Origin: a virus
IMG/VR virus record: IMGVR_UViG_3300048565_000032
DNA: 47,761 nt
Direction: 5' to 3' (one strand)
Each line of letters begins with the position of its first letter. Position 1 is the first letter of the stretch. The notes beneath the pieces are model-generated. The model was given only the letters and a program-made list of their open reading frames with translations, was not told where the DNA came from and did not search any database. Below, in pieces: positions 1-8,026 of this stretch. Made by a program: the position numbers and the translations under genes.

Positions 1-127
1 CATCTCGACGTTGCAGGAGGCGCGCTTGTCTGCGCTGTCGGCCGCCTTGTAGTCGCTCGATGCGGCGTCGCGCTGTCCCTCCACCCACGCCCGCAGTGCC
101 CGCAGCGCCTTGCCGTCCGGCGCGGGC
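1..127. repeat. Terminal direct repeat, left copy (identical to 47635..47761)
   Basis: Read directly: bases 1-127 (catctcgacgttgcaggagg...ccgtccggcgcgggc) recur exactly at 47635-47761. This implies a circular or terminally redundant molecule of 47,634 unique bp. Confidence 0.95.
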
Positions 128-300
128 TCTCGCATGAGGGTGGTAGCTTCCGCCTCCGCCCTACGATACCGCTCCGCTCGCCGCTCGACGTCCTCCGGGG
201 GCCATCCTTCGCGCACGGCGAACATATGGTCGTCGTGGCAGCCGCACAGGTGCGCTAGGACGGCCGCGATCTTCGCCTCTCGGTCGGTGGGGACGGTCAT
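1..300 (-). CDS. 5' (N-terminal) 100 codons of a wrap-around ORF that continues at 47634 and ends at 46531; hypothetical protein, about 467 aa in total
   Basis: ATG at 300..298 overlaps the stop of the 297..704 ORF (ATGA). My translation reads MTVPTDREAKIAAVLAHLCGCHDDHMFAVREGWPPEDVERRAERYRRAEAEATTLMREPAPDGKALRALRAWVEGQRDAA, in frame with MEGQRDAAS of the track ORF 46531..47718 across the repeat. Confidence 0.6.
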   Translation of the reverse strand, partial: MTVPTDREAKIAAVLAHLCGCHDDHMFAVREGWPPEDVERRAERYRRAEAEATTLMREPAPDGKALRALRAWVEGQRDAASSDYKAADSADKRASCNVEM

Positions 301-704
301 CGGGTCACCTCGATGTCGAGGACGACACGCACGGCGTTCCAGATGCGTGCGCGGCGCTCCTCGTCCAGGCCGCCAAGGATCTCGCAGCACTGCTTGAAGG
401 GCGGGATCGGCGACCAGTCCGCAAGGGAAACCATCGGCTGGCGGAGACGTTGAAACTGAAGGAGAACCTCCTTCAGGTGTGCCTTCGAGACGCAGATTTC
501 GTCCCCTGACGGGCTCTGAAGACGCTTGTCGAGGTCGCGGACGAAGGGGCTGTTCGCGAACCTGCCGACGGCATCGCGCACGTCGATCTCCAACAGCGCG
601 CTGCATGGCATACCCACCCCCAATCGCGGGTCGAGCAGAAGCGAGTAGCGCGTCAGAGAACGGAACTGCGAGAACAACTCTTTGGAGATCGGATGTCGTG
701 TCAC
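297..704 (-). CDS. Hypothetical protein (135 aa)
   Basis: ORF with balanced composition, coupled to both neighbours by 4-nt overlaps. No motif recognised. Confidence 0.5.
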   Translation of the reverse strand: MTRHPISKELFSQFRSLTRYSLLLDPRLGVGMPCSALLEIDVRDAVGRFANSPFVRDLDKRLQSPSGDEICVSKAHLKEVLLQFQRLRQPMVSLADWSPIPPFKQCCEILGGLDEERRARIWNAVRVVLDIEVTR

Positions 705-2095
705 TTCATCACCTCTTGGATCATCTGGGTCTTGCGGGAAAGGATCTCCGTGACGATCTCGTCGACGGAATCTGCCAGCGCGAGCGTGCGGACTTGCACG
801 GGGCGTGTCTGGCCGATGCGAACGATGCGGTCGATGAACTGGGCGTTGTCACCAGGGGCGAACGACTGCTCGACCAGGACGCACTCAGATGCCGCAGTCA
901 ACGTGATGCCGACGCCGCCGGCGAGGATGTTGACGACTGCGACACGGATCGTAGGGTCAGCCTGGAAGCGACGCACCAGCTCGGTGCGCTTCGCCGGCGG
1001 CGTCGCGCCGGAGATCACGATCGGCTTGTAGTCGACGAGGCCGGCCGCGATGCCGTCGATCACGGACGTGTGGTGCGCGCCGACGACGATCTTGTCGGTG
1101 CCACCGTCCAGCTCCATCTTCAGAAGCTCGACCGTCGGCTCGACCTTGGCTTCACCGCAGAGGCGGCGCCACGTCGAGAAGGAGATGCCGTTGCGTGGAC
1201 CCCCGCTCAGCTCCTCCTTCAGTTCGTTGGACAGGTTCTCCATCACAACACGGCCGTGTCCCATCGTCTCGTCGAGCGTCGCGTCTCGGAAGGTCTGAGG
1301 CGGTCGCCGTAGGCCGGCTTCGTAGTCGCGGAGCGCCTTCGGCAACGCGCCGGACGTCAACGTCACAGTGCCGTAGCGCACGGGCGGCAGCGTCAGCACA
1401 TCCTTCTTCATGCGCCGCAGAGCGAAGCCCTTCAGGCGCGCCTTCAGCTCGACGGTGTTCTTCGAGCCGACGACCTTCACACCGTCACCGTAGGGCGACG
1501 GCGCGAGCACGCAGAAGCGTGCGCGCCACTGGTGCCAGTTCATCGGCAAGCCGCCGGGTGTCTTCGCGACGCGCGACGGTGCGATGCCGGCTAGCATCGT
1601 CCACAGCTCGCTCGGGTTGTTGACCATCGGTGTTCCGGTCAACGCCCAGACGCGAGCAGACGCGCGTGTCAGCGAGGGCTTGTCCTTGCGGAAGAGGTCG
1701 CCGTAGAGGCGCTTCGTGCGCTTCGCCTTCGGGTTCCTGAAGAACTGGGACTCGTCGATGATCAGCAGATCCCACTCGCGTGCGATCAGCTGCGCGTAGA
1801 GCTTGTCCGCGAGCAGCAGGCCGTGCGTCGTGATGATCACAGGGGAACTGAGCTTCGCGCTCCCCGACGTCACGACCTGATGGTGCATGCCGGGCGCCCA
1901 GATGCGCAGCTCGCGCGCCCAGTTGTGGGCGACCACCGACGGTGCGACGATGAGGACGCGCTTCACGCCGAGCTGCACAGCTGCGGTGATCGCGCAGATG
2001 GTCTTGCCCAGACCCTGGTCGTCGAAGTAGCCGTTGCGCGTGTGCTCGGTGAGCCACTCGATCGCCGGCGGCTGGTGCGCGAGAAACTCAGGCAC
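701..2095 (-). CDS. SNF2-family (DEAD/H-like) helicase
   Basis: Motif I DDQGLGKT, motif II LLIIDESQ, C-terminal helicase motifs LAGGVGITLT and QFIDRIVRIGQ. Confidence 0.9.
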   Translation of the reverse strand: MPEFLAHQPPAIEWLTEHTRNGYFDDQGLGKTICAITAAVQLGVKRVLIVAPSVVAHNWARELRIWAPGMHHQVVTSGSAKLSSPVIITTHGLLLADKLYAQLIAREWDLLIIDESQFFRNPKAKRTKRLYGDLFRKDKPSLTRASARVWALTGTPMVNNPSELWTMLAGIAPSRVAKTPGGLPMNWHQWRARFCVLAPSPYGDGVKVVGSKNTVELKARLKGFALRRMKKDVLTLPPVRYGTVTLTSGALPKALRDYEAGLRRPPQTFRDATLDETMGHGRVVMENLSNELKEELSGGPRNGISFSTWRRLCGEAKVEPTVELLKMELDGGTDKIVVGAHHTSVIDGIAAGLVDYKPIVISGATPPAKRTELVRRFQADPTIRVAVVNILAGGVGITLTAASECVLVEQSFAPGDNAQFIDRIVRIGQTRPVQVRTLALADSVDEIVTEILSRKTQMIQEVMK

Positions 2096-2396
2096 GGTGC
2101 TTCTTGCTCCGCCGCATCCGCTCGATGGTGCGGTTCGCTGCCGCCAGCGCGTTGGTGAGGCTGCGCACTTCCCAGCGAAGCACGTCTTCGCGCAAGCGCT
2201 GCTCGGTGGAGACCACCGCGGAGCGCGGAACCACGTAGACGCGGACTACGCCCTTCTGGCAATCCTCGCACGGATTGCTCATCGGGCACGCCGCCGCCGC
2301 AGCGTCTACCTGCGTCTCTCGAATCGATTCCAGACGAATGTGTCCGAGGTCCGGAACAACCCAACCGGCCCTAGCCTTCATCTTCTTGGTAGCCAT
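2088..2396 (-). CDS. Hypothetical protein (102 aa), first gene of the leftward arm
   Basis: ORF abutting the divergent control region. Has a small Cys cluster, CPMSNPCEDC. The 8-nt overlap with the SNF2 start suggests coupling. Confidence 0.5.
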   Translation of the reverse strand: MATKKMKARAGWVVPDLGHIRLESIRETQVDAAAAACPMSNPCEDCQKGVVRVYVVPRSAVVSTEQRLREDVLRWEVRSLTNALAAANRTIERMRRSKKHRA

Positions 2397-2544
2397 GGGG
2401 CGCCTGTATACCTCTGTCTACAGATCGGCGCAACACCCTTGCTGCCTGAACCCCGCCGCGGTAGCGTCGGCTCCCCACCAAGAAAGCAGGCCCCGCGGTG
2501 ACGAACCGCGGGGCCCCCAGAAACATCATGCCCGAGAAGAGCCG
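2397..2544. promoter_or_regulatory. Divergent control region with back-to-back promoter-like hexamers and a 10-bp GC hairpin
   Basis: Minus strand: TTGCGC (2433-2428), 17 nt, TATACA (2410-2405), then 8 nt to the ATG at 2396. Plus strand: TTGCTG (2439-2444), 17 nt, TAGCGT (2462-2467). Hairpin: ggccccgcgg (2489-2498), loop tgacgaa, ccgcggggcc (2506-2515). Confidence 0.4.
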
Positions 2545-4665
2545 ATGCCCGACGTGAACCCTAGCGGCGTTCCCCGCGTGTTGCAACGCCTGAAGCGCTG
2601 GATCAGGTGGCGCATGGACAAGGCCCCCGACGGGCGCGCGACGAAACGCCCTGTCGGGTCGACGAAGGACGTCGACAAGCTGCTCTCGTTCGCGGCGGCA
2701 ACTGCCCCAGAATCGAGCGCAACTGAGGGTTTCGGCTTCGTCTTCACGGGACGCGTCGTCATCGACGGGCGCACCTACTTCGCGGGCGACATGGACGCGT
2801 GTAGGCAACCGGACGACGGCGAGCTGGCGCCATGGGCGCAAGAGGTCGTCGACCACTACCAGACGTTCGTCGAGGTGACGCCGAGTCGCGTCGGCCTGCG
2901 CTTGTGGTTGTGCACGAAGAACCCACCGAAGGGCCTCGCGCGCACGAAGATGCCGGTCGCAGCGCCGGTGCCGGTCGGCGTCGAGAAGAACCCCGAGTTC
3001 CAGCTGTTCGGCATGGGGCACGCGCAGTATGTGACGGTGACCGGCGTGCAGCAGAAGGGGTCGAAGAACTACATCGCCGAGGTCGACAACCTCGACTGGT
3101 TGATCGAGCGCTTCGGGCTGCAGGAGCAGGACGAAGCGGGGCCTGAGATGGCGGCTGGCGACGGCCCCGAGCCCGAGCTGGATGTCATCGACGAACGCGT
3201 GCGGCGCGCGCCGCACGGCGACGACATGGTCGACGGCGACTGGCACACGGTGCTCGGGGAAAGCAAGGGCTCAGCGTCCGAGGTCTACTTCCGGCTGGTG
3301 CAGCATGTTATGCGAGCGGCGCGCGGCCACGGCGAGGCGGCGGTGCGCTACCTCCTGCAGCGCACGGCATGGGGCAAGGGCACGATCGAAGAGTCGGCCG
3401 ACCCTGCACGCTACATGCGTGAAAGCTGGGTCAGGAAGGAGGTTGCGCGCGTTTCGGGGAAGAAGGCAGGGCCGGCGATCGAGGACGTGTTCGACGTCAT
3501 GCCGGCGGCGGCGCCGGCGGCGCCGGACCCGGTGCTGGTGCACGACCTGTGGAAGCACGGCGCGGCGCTGATCGAGGGCCGCAACCAGGACACGTTCCTC
3601 GTGCACGGCCTGATCCCGAAGACGGGCCTGACGCAGTTCTTCGGCGACCCGGCGAGCGGCAAGACGCCGTTCGCGCTCTCGCTCGCGGTGCACGTCGCGG
3701 CCGGGCTGCCGACGTGGTTCGGGCACGCGATCGACAACCCCGGCCCCGTCGCCTACATGGTCGGCGAGGACCTGGACGGCGTCGCGCATCGCCTGAAGGC
3801 CGAGTATGAGGCGCTGGGCCTCGACCCCAAGGCGGTGCCGCTGTGGGCCAGCCTGCGCCCTGGGCGGCTGGTGGACCCCGACGAGGTCGAGAAGTGGGTG
3901 CGCTCGGTGCGGAAGTGGTCGCCGCAAGGGATCTCGCTGCTCGTGGTCGACACGCAGGCGGCGAACTTCGGCGGCAACGAGAACAGCAACGAGGACGCGC
4001 AGGCCTTCGTCAACAACCTCAACGCGATCTCGCTGCACCTGGGCTGCGCGAACGCCCTCGTGCACCACAAGGGGCACCACGACAAGGAGCGCGGCCGCGG
4101 TGGCTCGGCGGTGTTCGCCGGCGTCTACTGCGCCTTCGACGTGACCAGGGACGGCAGCGTCGTGCAGGCGGCGTCCGTGAAGGAGAAGAACTGGGCCAAG
4201 CCCGAGCCGCTGGTCGGCACGCTGGTGCCGGTGGTGACCGGCCAGGACAGCAAGGGGCGCGACGTGACCGCGATCACGCTGGTGACCAAGGCGCCCGAGA
4301 CGCTCGACGCGTTCGAGCCGATCGCAGCTGACATGGAGGGCGACGACGCCGGCTGGCGCGTGTTCTGGCAGCTCGAAGGACTGGCCGGGGCGGAGGTGTC
4401 TCGGGCCGAGCTGGCAGGTGCGTGCGCGACGACGGACAAGGTCGTGCGCAACCGTCTCAGGAAGCTGGAGAGCCTCGGTTTGGTGAGGGCCAAGCAAGGG
4501 CCAAGCAAGACATCGCAGACTTCATATCCCCTGACAGAGAAAGGACTTAGAGTCGCTGATCTGGAAAGGGCCAAGCTGATGGGTGAGGTCGATGCAAGTG
4601 TAGACAGTTTTGTCGACAACACAAAGGGCCAAGAGGAGGGCCAAGTAGACAATGAGTATCCGTAA
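2545..4665 (+). CDS. Primase-polymerase (AEP-like) fused to a RecA/RepA-type (AAA_25-like) helicase, with a C-terminal winged-helix domain
   Basis: ATG at 2545 (the track ORF starts at 2275, inside the control region). N-terminal RWIRWRMDKAPDGRATKRPVG and DMDAC, then SRVGLRLW, are primase-polymerase-like. Walker A is GDPASGKT and Walker B is LLVVDTQ. The C-terminus DKVVRNRLRKLESLGLVRAK is wHTH-like. Confidence 0.75.
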   Translation: MPDVNPSGVPRVLQRLKRWIRWRMDKAPDGRATKRPVGSTKDVDKLLSFAAATAPESSATEGFGFVFTGRVVIDGRTYFAGDMDACRQPDDGELAPWAQEVVDHYQTFVEVTPSRVGLRLWLCTKNPPKGLARTKMPVAAPVPVGVEKNPEFQLFGMGHAQYVTVTGVQQKGSKNYIAEVDNLDWLIERFGLQEQDEAGPEMAAGDGPEPELDVIDERVRRAPHGDDMVDGDWHTVLGESKGSASEVYFRLVQHVMRAARGHGEAAVRYLLQRTAWGKGTIEESADPARYMRESWVRKEVARVSGKKAGPAIEDVFDVMPAAAPAAPDPVLVHDLWKHGAALIEGRNQDTFLVHGLIPKTGLTQFFGDPASGKTPFALSLAVHVAAGLPTWFGHAIDNPGPVAYMVGEDLDGVAHRLKAEYEALGLDPKAVPLWASLRPGRLVDPDEVEKWVRSVRKWSPQGISLLVVDTQAANFGGNENSNEDAQAFVNNLNAISLHLGCANALVHHKGHHDKERGRGGSAVFAGVYCAFDVTRDGSVVQAASVKEKNWAKPEPLVGTLVPVVTGQDSKGRDVTAITLVTKAPETLDAFEPIAADMEGDDAGWRVFWQLEGLAGAEVSRAELAGACATTDKVVRNRLRKLESLGLVRAKQGPSKTSQTSYPLTEKGLRVADLERAKLMGEVDASVDSFVDNTKGQEEGQVDNEYP

Positions 4666-4795
4666 AGACATGCAGGAACTGGGGATGCCTTGGCCCCCTA
4701 CCGAGGGCCAAGCAAGGGCCAAGAGGAAAGCGCGTCATGATGCGCAACTTGGCCCTCTTGGCCCAAATCCCCGTAGGGGTTTGGCCAGGGCCAAG
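4487..4795. repeat. Iteron-like cluster: 8 forward and 3 reverse copies of GGGCCAAG (candidate replication origin)
   Basis: Forward copies at 4487, 4498, 4568, 4626, 4638, 4705, 4716 and 4788. Reverse copies (cttggccc) at 4689, 4748 and 4757. The 21-mer gagggccaagcaagggccaag occurs twice (4485 and 4703). Confidence 0.6.
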
Positions 4796-5131
4796 GGCGC
4801 AAGACGGAACCGGATCAACTCGCGTTCGAAGGGAGCGGTGGGCGAACGCGAGTTCGCCGCGGAGCTGCAGAAGCGAGGCTGGATCGGTGCCAAGCGGGGG
4901 CAACAGCGGAGCGGGCTGGAGCAGGCCGACGTGGTCGATGGCCCGCCGGGGATCCACTGGGAGGTGAAGCGGGTGCAGGCGCTGAACGTCGGGAAAGCGT
5001 TCGAGCAGGCGACCAGGGATGCGGATGGTGCCGAGACGCCCGTGGTGGCCCACAGGCGCAACAACGCGCCGTGGCTGGTCACGCTGAGCCTGGACGCGTT
5101 CCTGGCGCTGCTGCCGCCCCCTGTTGCGTGA
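4652..5131 (+). CDS. Putative PD-(D/E)XK nuclease (Holliday-junction-resolvase-like); start uncertain
   Basis: The core SKGAVGEREFAAELQKRGW...ADVVDGPPGIHWEVKRV fits an E...D...EVK nuclease signature. The first ~45 codons overlie the iteron cluster. An in-frame TTG at 4781 (MARAKGARRNRINSRSKG...) is an alternative start. Confidence 0.5.
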   Translation: MSIRKDMQELGMPWPPTEGQARAKRKARHDAQLGPLGPNPRRGLARAKGARRNRINSRSKGAVGEREFAAELQKRGWIGAKRGQQRSGLEQADVVDGPPGIHWEVKRVQALNVGKAFEQATRDADGAETPVVAHRRNNAPWLVTLSLDAFLALLPPPVA

Positions 5132-5161
5132 CAGGGGCGGGTGGGGTAGCCGTGGTGGTCG

Positions 5162-5389
5162 TTGAAAGTTCCAGTGAACGATCGCGGCTTCCGCATCGGC
5201 GAGAAGCATCACAACAGCACGATCCCCGATGCTGTCGTGGTGCAGATGCGCGACCTCTACGAACACGAGGACGTGACCCCGACTGAGATCGCGCGGCGTC
5301 TCGGGTGCAAGCTCGACACGGTCAAGGCCGTGGTCTACTACAAGCGCCGGGCGCAGGTGCCGGCGGATTGGAGGGAGGTCGATGGGTAG
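5162..5389 (+). CDS. Small helix-turn-helix protein upstream of terS
   Basis: VTPTEIARRLGCKLDTVKAVVYYKRR is HTH-like. TTG start in the track; the start is uncertain. Confidence 0.45.
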   Translation: MKVPVNDRGFRIGEKHHNSTIPDAVVVQMRDLYEHEDVTPTEIARRLGCKLDTVKAVVYYKRRAQVPADWREVDG

Positions 5390-5882
5390 GGTGATCACGA
5401 TCCCGATCGAGGACCACGCCGACGCGATCGAGAAGTGGATCAGCGAAGGCAAGACGCTGCGGAGCTACTGCCGAAAACCAGGAGCGCCATCGCGCGAGCT
5501 GGTCGACAAGTGGCGGCGAACGAACCCCGAGTTTGGTGCCCGGATCGCACGCGCGCGAGACATCGGCTACGACGCGATCGCCGAGGAGGCGCTCGCCATC
5601 GCGGACGACGCGAGCAACGACGATGACGGCGAAGGCAATCTCGACCATGAGTTCGTCGCGCGCAGCAAGCTGCGCGTCGAGACGCGCCTCAAGCTGCTCG
5701 CGAAGTGGGATCCGCGGCGCTACGGCGACAAGCTCGCGGTCGGTGGCGACGCGGACGCACCGCCGATCCGCCTGCTCTCCGTGACCGAGCGCATGCACCG
5801 CATCCAGGCGATCGTCGGCGCCGCGGCACGCCGCGCGCTTCCTGAGCCTGACCCCGATGACTTGAAGGAGATCGGCCTGTAG
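5382..5882 (+). CDS. terS: Terminase small subunit
   Basis: N-terminal HTH-like segment (GKTLRSYCRKPGAPSRELVDKWRR), then ARDIGYDAIAEEALAIADD...VARSKLRVETRLKLLAKWDPRRYGDK, typical of phage TerS. It sits two small ORFs upstream of terL. Confidence 0.7.
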   Translation: MGRVITIPIEDHADAIEKWISEGKTLRSYCRKPGAPSRELVDKWRRTNPEFGARIARARDIGYDAIAEEALAIADDASNDDDGEGNLDHEFVARSKLRVETRLKLLAKWDPRRYGDKLAVGGDADAPPIRLLSVTERMHRIQAIVGAAARRALPEPDPDDLKEIGL

Positions 5883-5883
5883 C

Positions 5884-6174
5884 GTGCTCGACATGACAAA
5901 CCTTCGTTTCCTCCTCCTCCTATCTCTCCTCTTCGCCTCGCTGCCCGCGCAGACGCCCGTGATGAACGGTGTGACCGGCACTGGCACTGGCATCGTCGCG
6001 TCGCCGAACGTGTGCAACACGATCAGCGCGAGACATTGCAGTCCCCGAGGTGGTGTCACCCTGGACTCGTCTCAGGTGATGTGGGTGTGGTATGAGCAGA
6101 TTTTCGAGGTCGACGCGAACGGCAACGTGCACGCGTTCGGCATCGCCTACCGCCACGAACTCTACGTGATCTGA
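5884..6174 (+). CDS. Small secreted protein (signal peptide), unknown function
   Basis: N-terminal LRFLLLLSLLFASLPAQT hydrophobic leader. Pyrimidine-rich, visibly less GC-rich 5' end. An alternative ATG lies at 5893. Confidence 0.45.
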   Translation: MLDMTNLRFLLLLSLLFASLPAQTPVMNGVTGTGTGIVASPNVCNTISARHCSPRGGVTLDSSQVMWVWYEQIFEVDANGNVHAFGIAYRHELYVI

Positions 6175-6443
6175 TGACGACCACATGCCCGCGATGCGGC
6201 TCCGAGAGCCTGGAGGTCACGACGATGGGCGGGCTGCTCAAGGGCAGCAGGTTCGACGACGTGAACCGTGCGACGTGCTCGAAGTGCAAGCATCGCGGCA
6301 CGCTCGGCGACTGGGAGCGCCTCGCGCAGGCCAACGCGGAGATCGCGCGCCTGCACGAGGCGATCCTGTCGCCGCTTCTCCAAGTCACCGAAGAGGCGCT
6401 GCGCGACGCGGGGGTGACACCACCAAAGCCAAGGTGCCGATAG
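6174..6443 (+). CDS. Zinc-ribbon protein (CPRC...CSKC)
   Basis: Two CxxC pairs (CPRCGS and CSKCKH) followed by a helical tail. The start overlaps the previous stop. Confidence 0.5.
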   Translation: MTTTCPRCGSESLEVTTMGGLLKGSRFDDVNRATCSKCKHRGTLGDWERLAQANAEIARLHEAILSPLLQVTEEALRDAGVTPPKPRCR

Positions 6444-6447
6444 TAGG

Positions 6448-8016
6448 GTGAACATCGACCCCTCGATCCTCGCGCAGATGACAGAGCAGGAGCTGCGCGA
6501 GCTGGACCAGCTGCTGCTCTCCGATCGTGACCCGTGGTTCCCGATCCAAGGGCCGCAGCTGCTCGCCTACGAGAGCGAGGCCGACATCGTCGGCTACGGC
6601 GGCGCGGCCGGCGGCGGCAAGACCGACCTGATCTGCGGCGAGTCGATCACGAAGCACAAGCGCGTGCTGATCGTGCGCAACGAGAAGGCGCAGACGTCGG
6701 GCATCGTGCAGCGCCTGACCGAGATCCTCGGCAACCGCGACGGCTACAACGGCCAGCAGTCGACGTGGCAGGTCAGCGTCGGCAGCGCGCCGCTGATCGA
6801 GTTCGGCGGACTCGACAACCCCGGTGACGAATCGCGCTGGCAAGGCCGAGCGCACGACCTGAAGTGCTTCGACGAAGTCACCGAGATGCGCGAGGCGCAG
6901 GTTCGCTTCGTGATGGGCTGGATGCGCACCAACGACCCGCGCTTCAAGCCGAAGGTGCTGATGACCTTCAACCCGCCGATGGGTGCCGAGGGCCAGTGGG
7001 TGATCAAGTTCTTCGCGCCGTGGCTCGACGACATGCACCCGAACCCGGCGAAGCCCGGCGAGCTGCGCTGGTTCACGACGATCGCCGAGGTCGACGAAGA
7101 GGTCGAAGGCCCCGACGAGTTCGTGCTCGGTGCGCGTGGCGAGCGCATCTACGACTTCAACCCGAAGGACTACACGCCCGAGCAGATCATCAAGCCGAAG
7201 AGCCGCACGTTCATCCCGGCACGCGTTGTCGACAACCCCTACTACATGGCGACCGGCTACATGAGCACGCTGCAGTCGATGCCCGAGCCGATGCGCTCGC
7301 GCATGCTGTTCGGCGACTTCAAGGCCGGCATCGAGCCGGACACCTTCCAGGTGATCCCGACGGCGTGGATCGATGCGGCGATGAAGCGGTGGAAGCCGCG
7401 CGACATCATCACACCGATGGAGAGTCTCGGCGCCGACATCGCGCAAGGCGGACGCGACAACACTCTGCTGATCGCACGCCACGCCGAGTGGTTCGCGATG
7501 CCGATCAAGCACCCTGGCGTCACCTGCATCGACGGTCCGACCAACGCGGGCTTCATCGTCTCGGCGCTGCGCGACAACGCCGTGATCCACCTCGATCTGT
7601 TCGGCGTAGGCGCTCGACCCTACGGCCACCTGATGGCGATGGGGCTGCAGGTCGTCGGCGTCAACTTCGGCGAGCCTGCCGGCGGGCGCGACGCGACGGG
7701 GCGCTTCCTCTTCCGCAACATTCGCAGCGAGTGGTGGTGGCGTCTGCGCGAGATGCTCGACCCGTCGAGCAACTACGGCATCGCGATACCTCCGAGCCGT
7801 GAGCTGCGCGCCGACCTCGCCGCGCCGCGCTTCCGCATCGCCGGCCCGGCGATCGAGGTGGAGAGCCGCGAGGACATCATCAAGCGGCTCGGGCGGTCGC
7901 CCGACTACGGCACCGCGTGCATCCTCGCGGCCATGAACACGCGCAAGCTCACGCCACGCGAGCGCCACACCGGGCGCGACACGCCGAAGGACTACAACCC
8001 GCTCGACTCGTTCTGA
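6448..8016 (+). CDS. terL: Terminase large subunit
   Basis: Walker A GGAAGGGKTD, Walker B-like LKCFDEVTE, long C-terminal nuclease-size domain. GTG start. Confidence 0.9.
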   Translation: MNIDPSILAQMTEQELRELDQLLLSDRDPWFPIQGPQLLAYESEADIVGYGGAAGGGKTDLICGESITKHKRVLIVRNEKAQTSGIVQRLTEILGNRDGYNGQQSTWQVSVGSAPLIEFGGLDNPGDESRWQGRAHDLKCFDEVTEMREAQVRFVMGWMRTNDPRFKPKVLMTFNPPMGAEGQWVIKFFAPWLDDMHPNPAKPGELRWFTTIAEVDEEVEGPDEFVLGARGERIYDFNPKDYTPEQIIKPKSRTFIPARVVDNPYYMATGYMSTLQSMPEPMRSRMLFGDFKAGIEPDTFQVIPTAWIDAAMKRWKPRDIITPMESLGADIAQGGRDNTLLIARHAEWFAMPIKHPGVTCIDGPTNAGFIVSALRDNAVIHLDLFGVGARPYGHLMAMGLQVVGVNFGEPAGGRDATGRFLFRNIRSEWWWRLREMLDPSSNYGIAIPPSRELRADLAAPRFRIAGPAIEVESREDIIKRLGRSPDYGTACILAAMNTRKLTPRERHTGRDTPKDYNPLDSF

Positions 8017-8026
8017 CCGCCGAGGA

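Noticed and set aside
110-397. Plus-strand 95-aa ORF at the left end.
   Set aside because: It is an Arg/Ser/Ala-rich shadow frame opposite the wrap-around minus-strand ORF and the 297-704 gene.
2489-2515. The GC hairpin as a rho-independent terminator on the minus strand (it is followed by TGCTTTCTT on that strand).
   Set aside because: No minus-strand gene lies upstream of it to be terminated, and the T tract is short and interrupted. I kept it only as a possible 5'-leader structure or a block to antisense transcription.
2275-2544. N-terminal 90-codon extension of the primase-helicase ORF. Similar 5' extensions occur in the track ORFs 40314, 42410, 42969, 43450, 44214, 44731, 45644, 38004, 21206, 17255, 14259, 11767, 11417 and 10941.
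   Set aside because: The extensions run into intergenic control regions or into the preceding gene in another frame. They are Arg/Pro-rich, and an internal ATG or GTG sits exactly at a stop-start overlap (ATGA/GTGA/TGATG) with the upstream gene.
4487-4795. CRISPR array, suggested by the GGGCCAAG cluster (and likewise by the repeated RNA units at 32160-32733).
   Set aside because: The repeat is only 8 bp, occurs in both orientations at irregular 9-70-bp spacing inside coding sequence, and no cas genes are present. The RNA units are ~115-140 nt and are diverged paralogues, not repeat-spacer structures.
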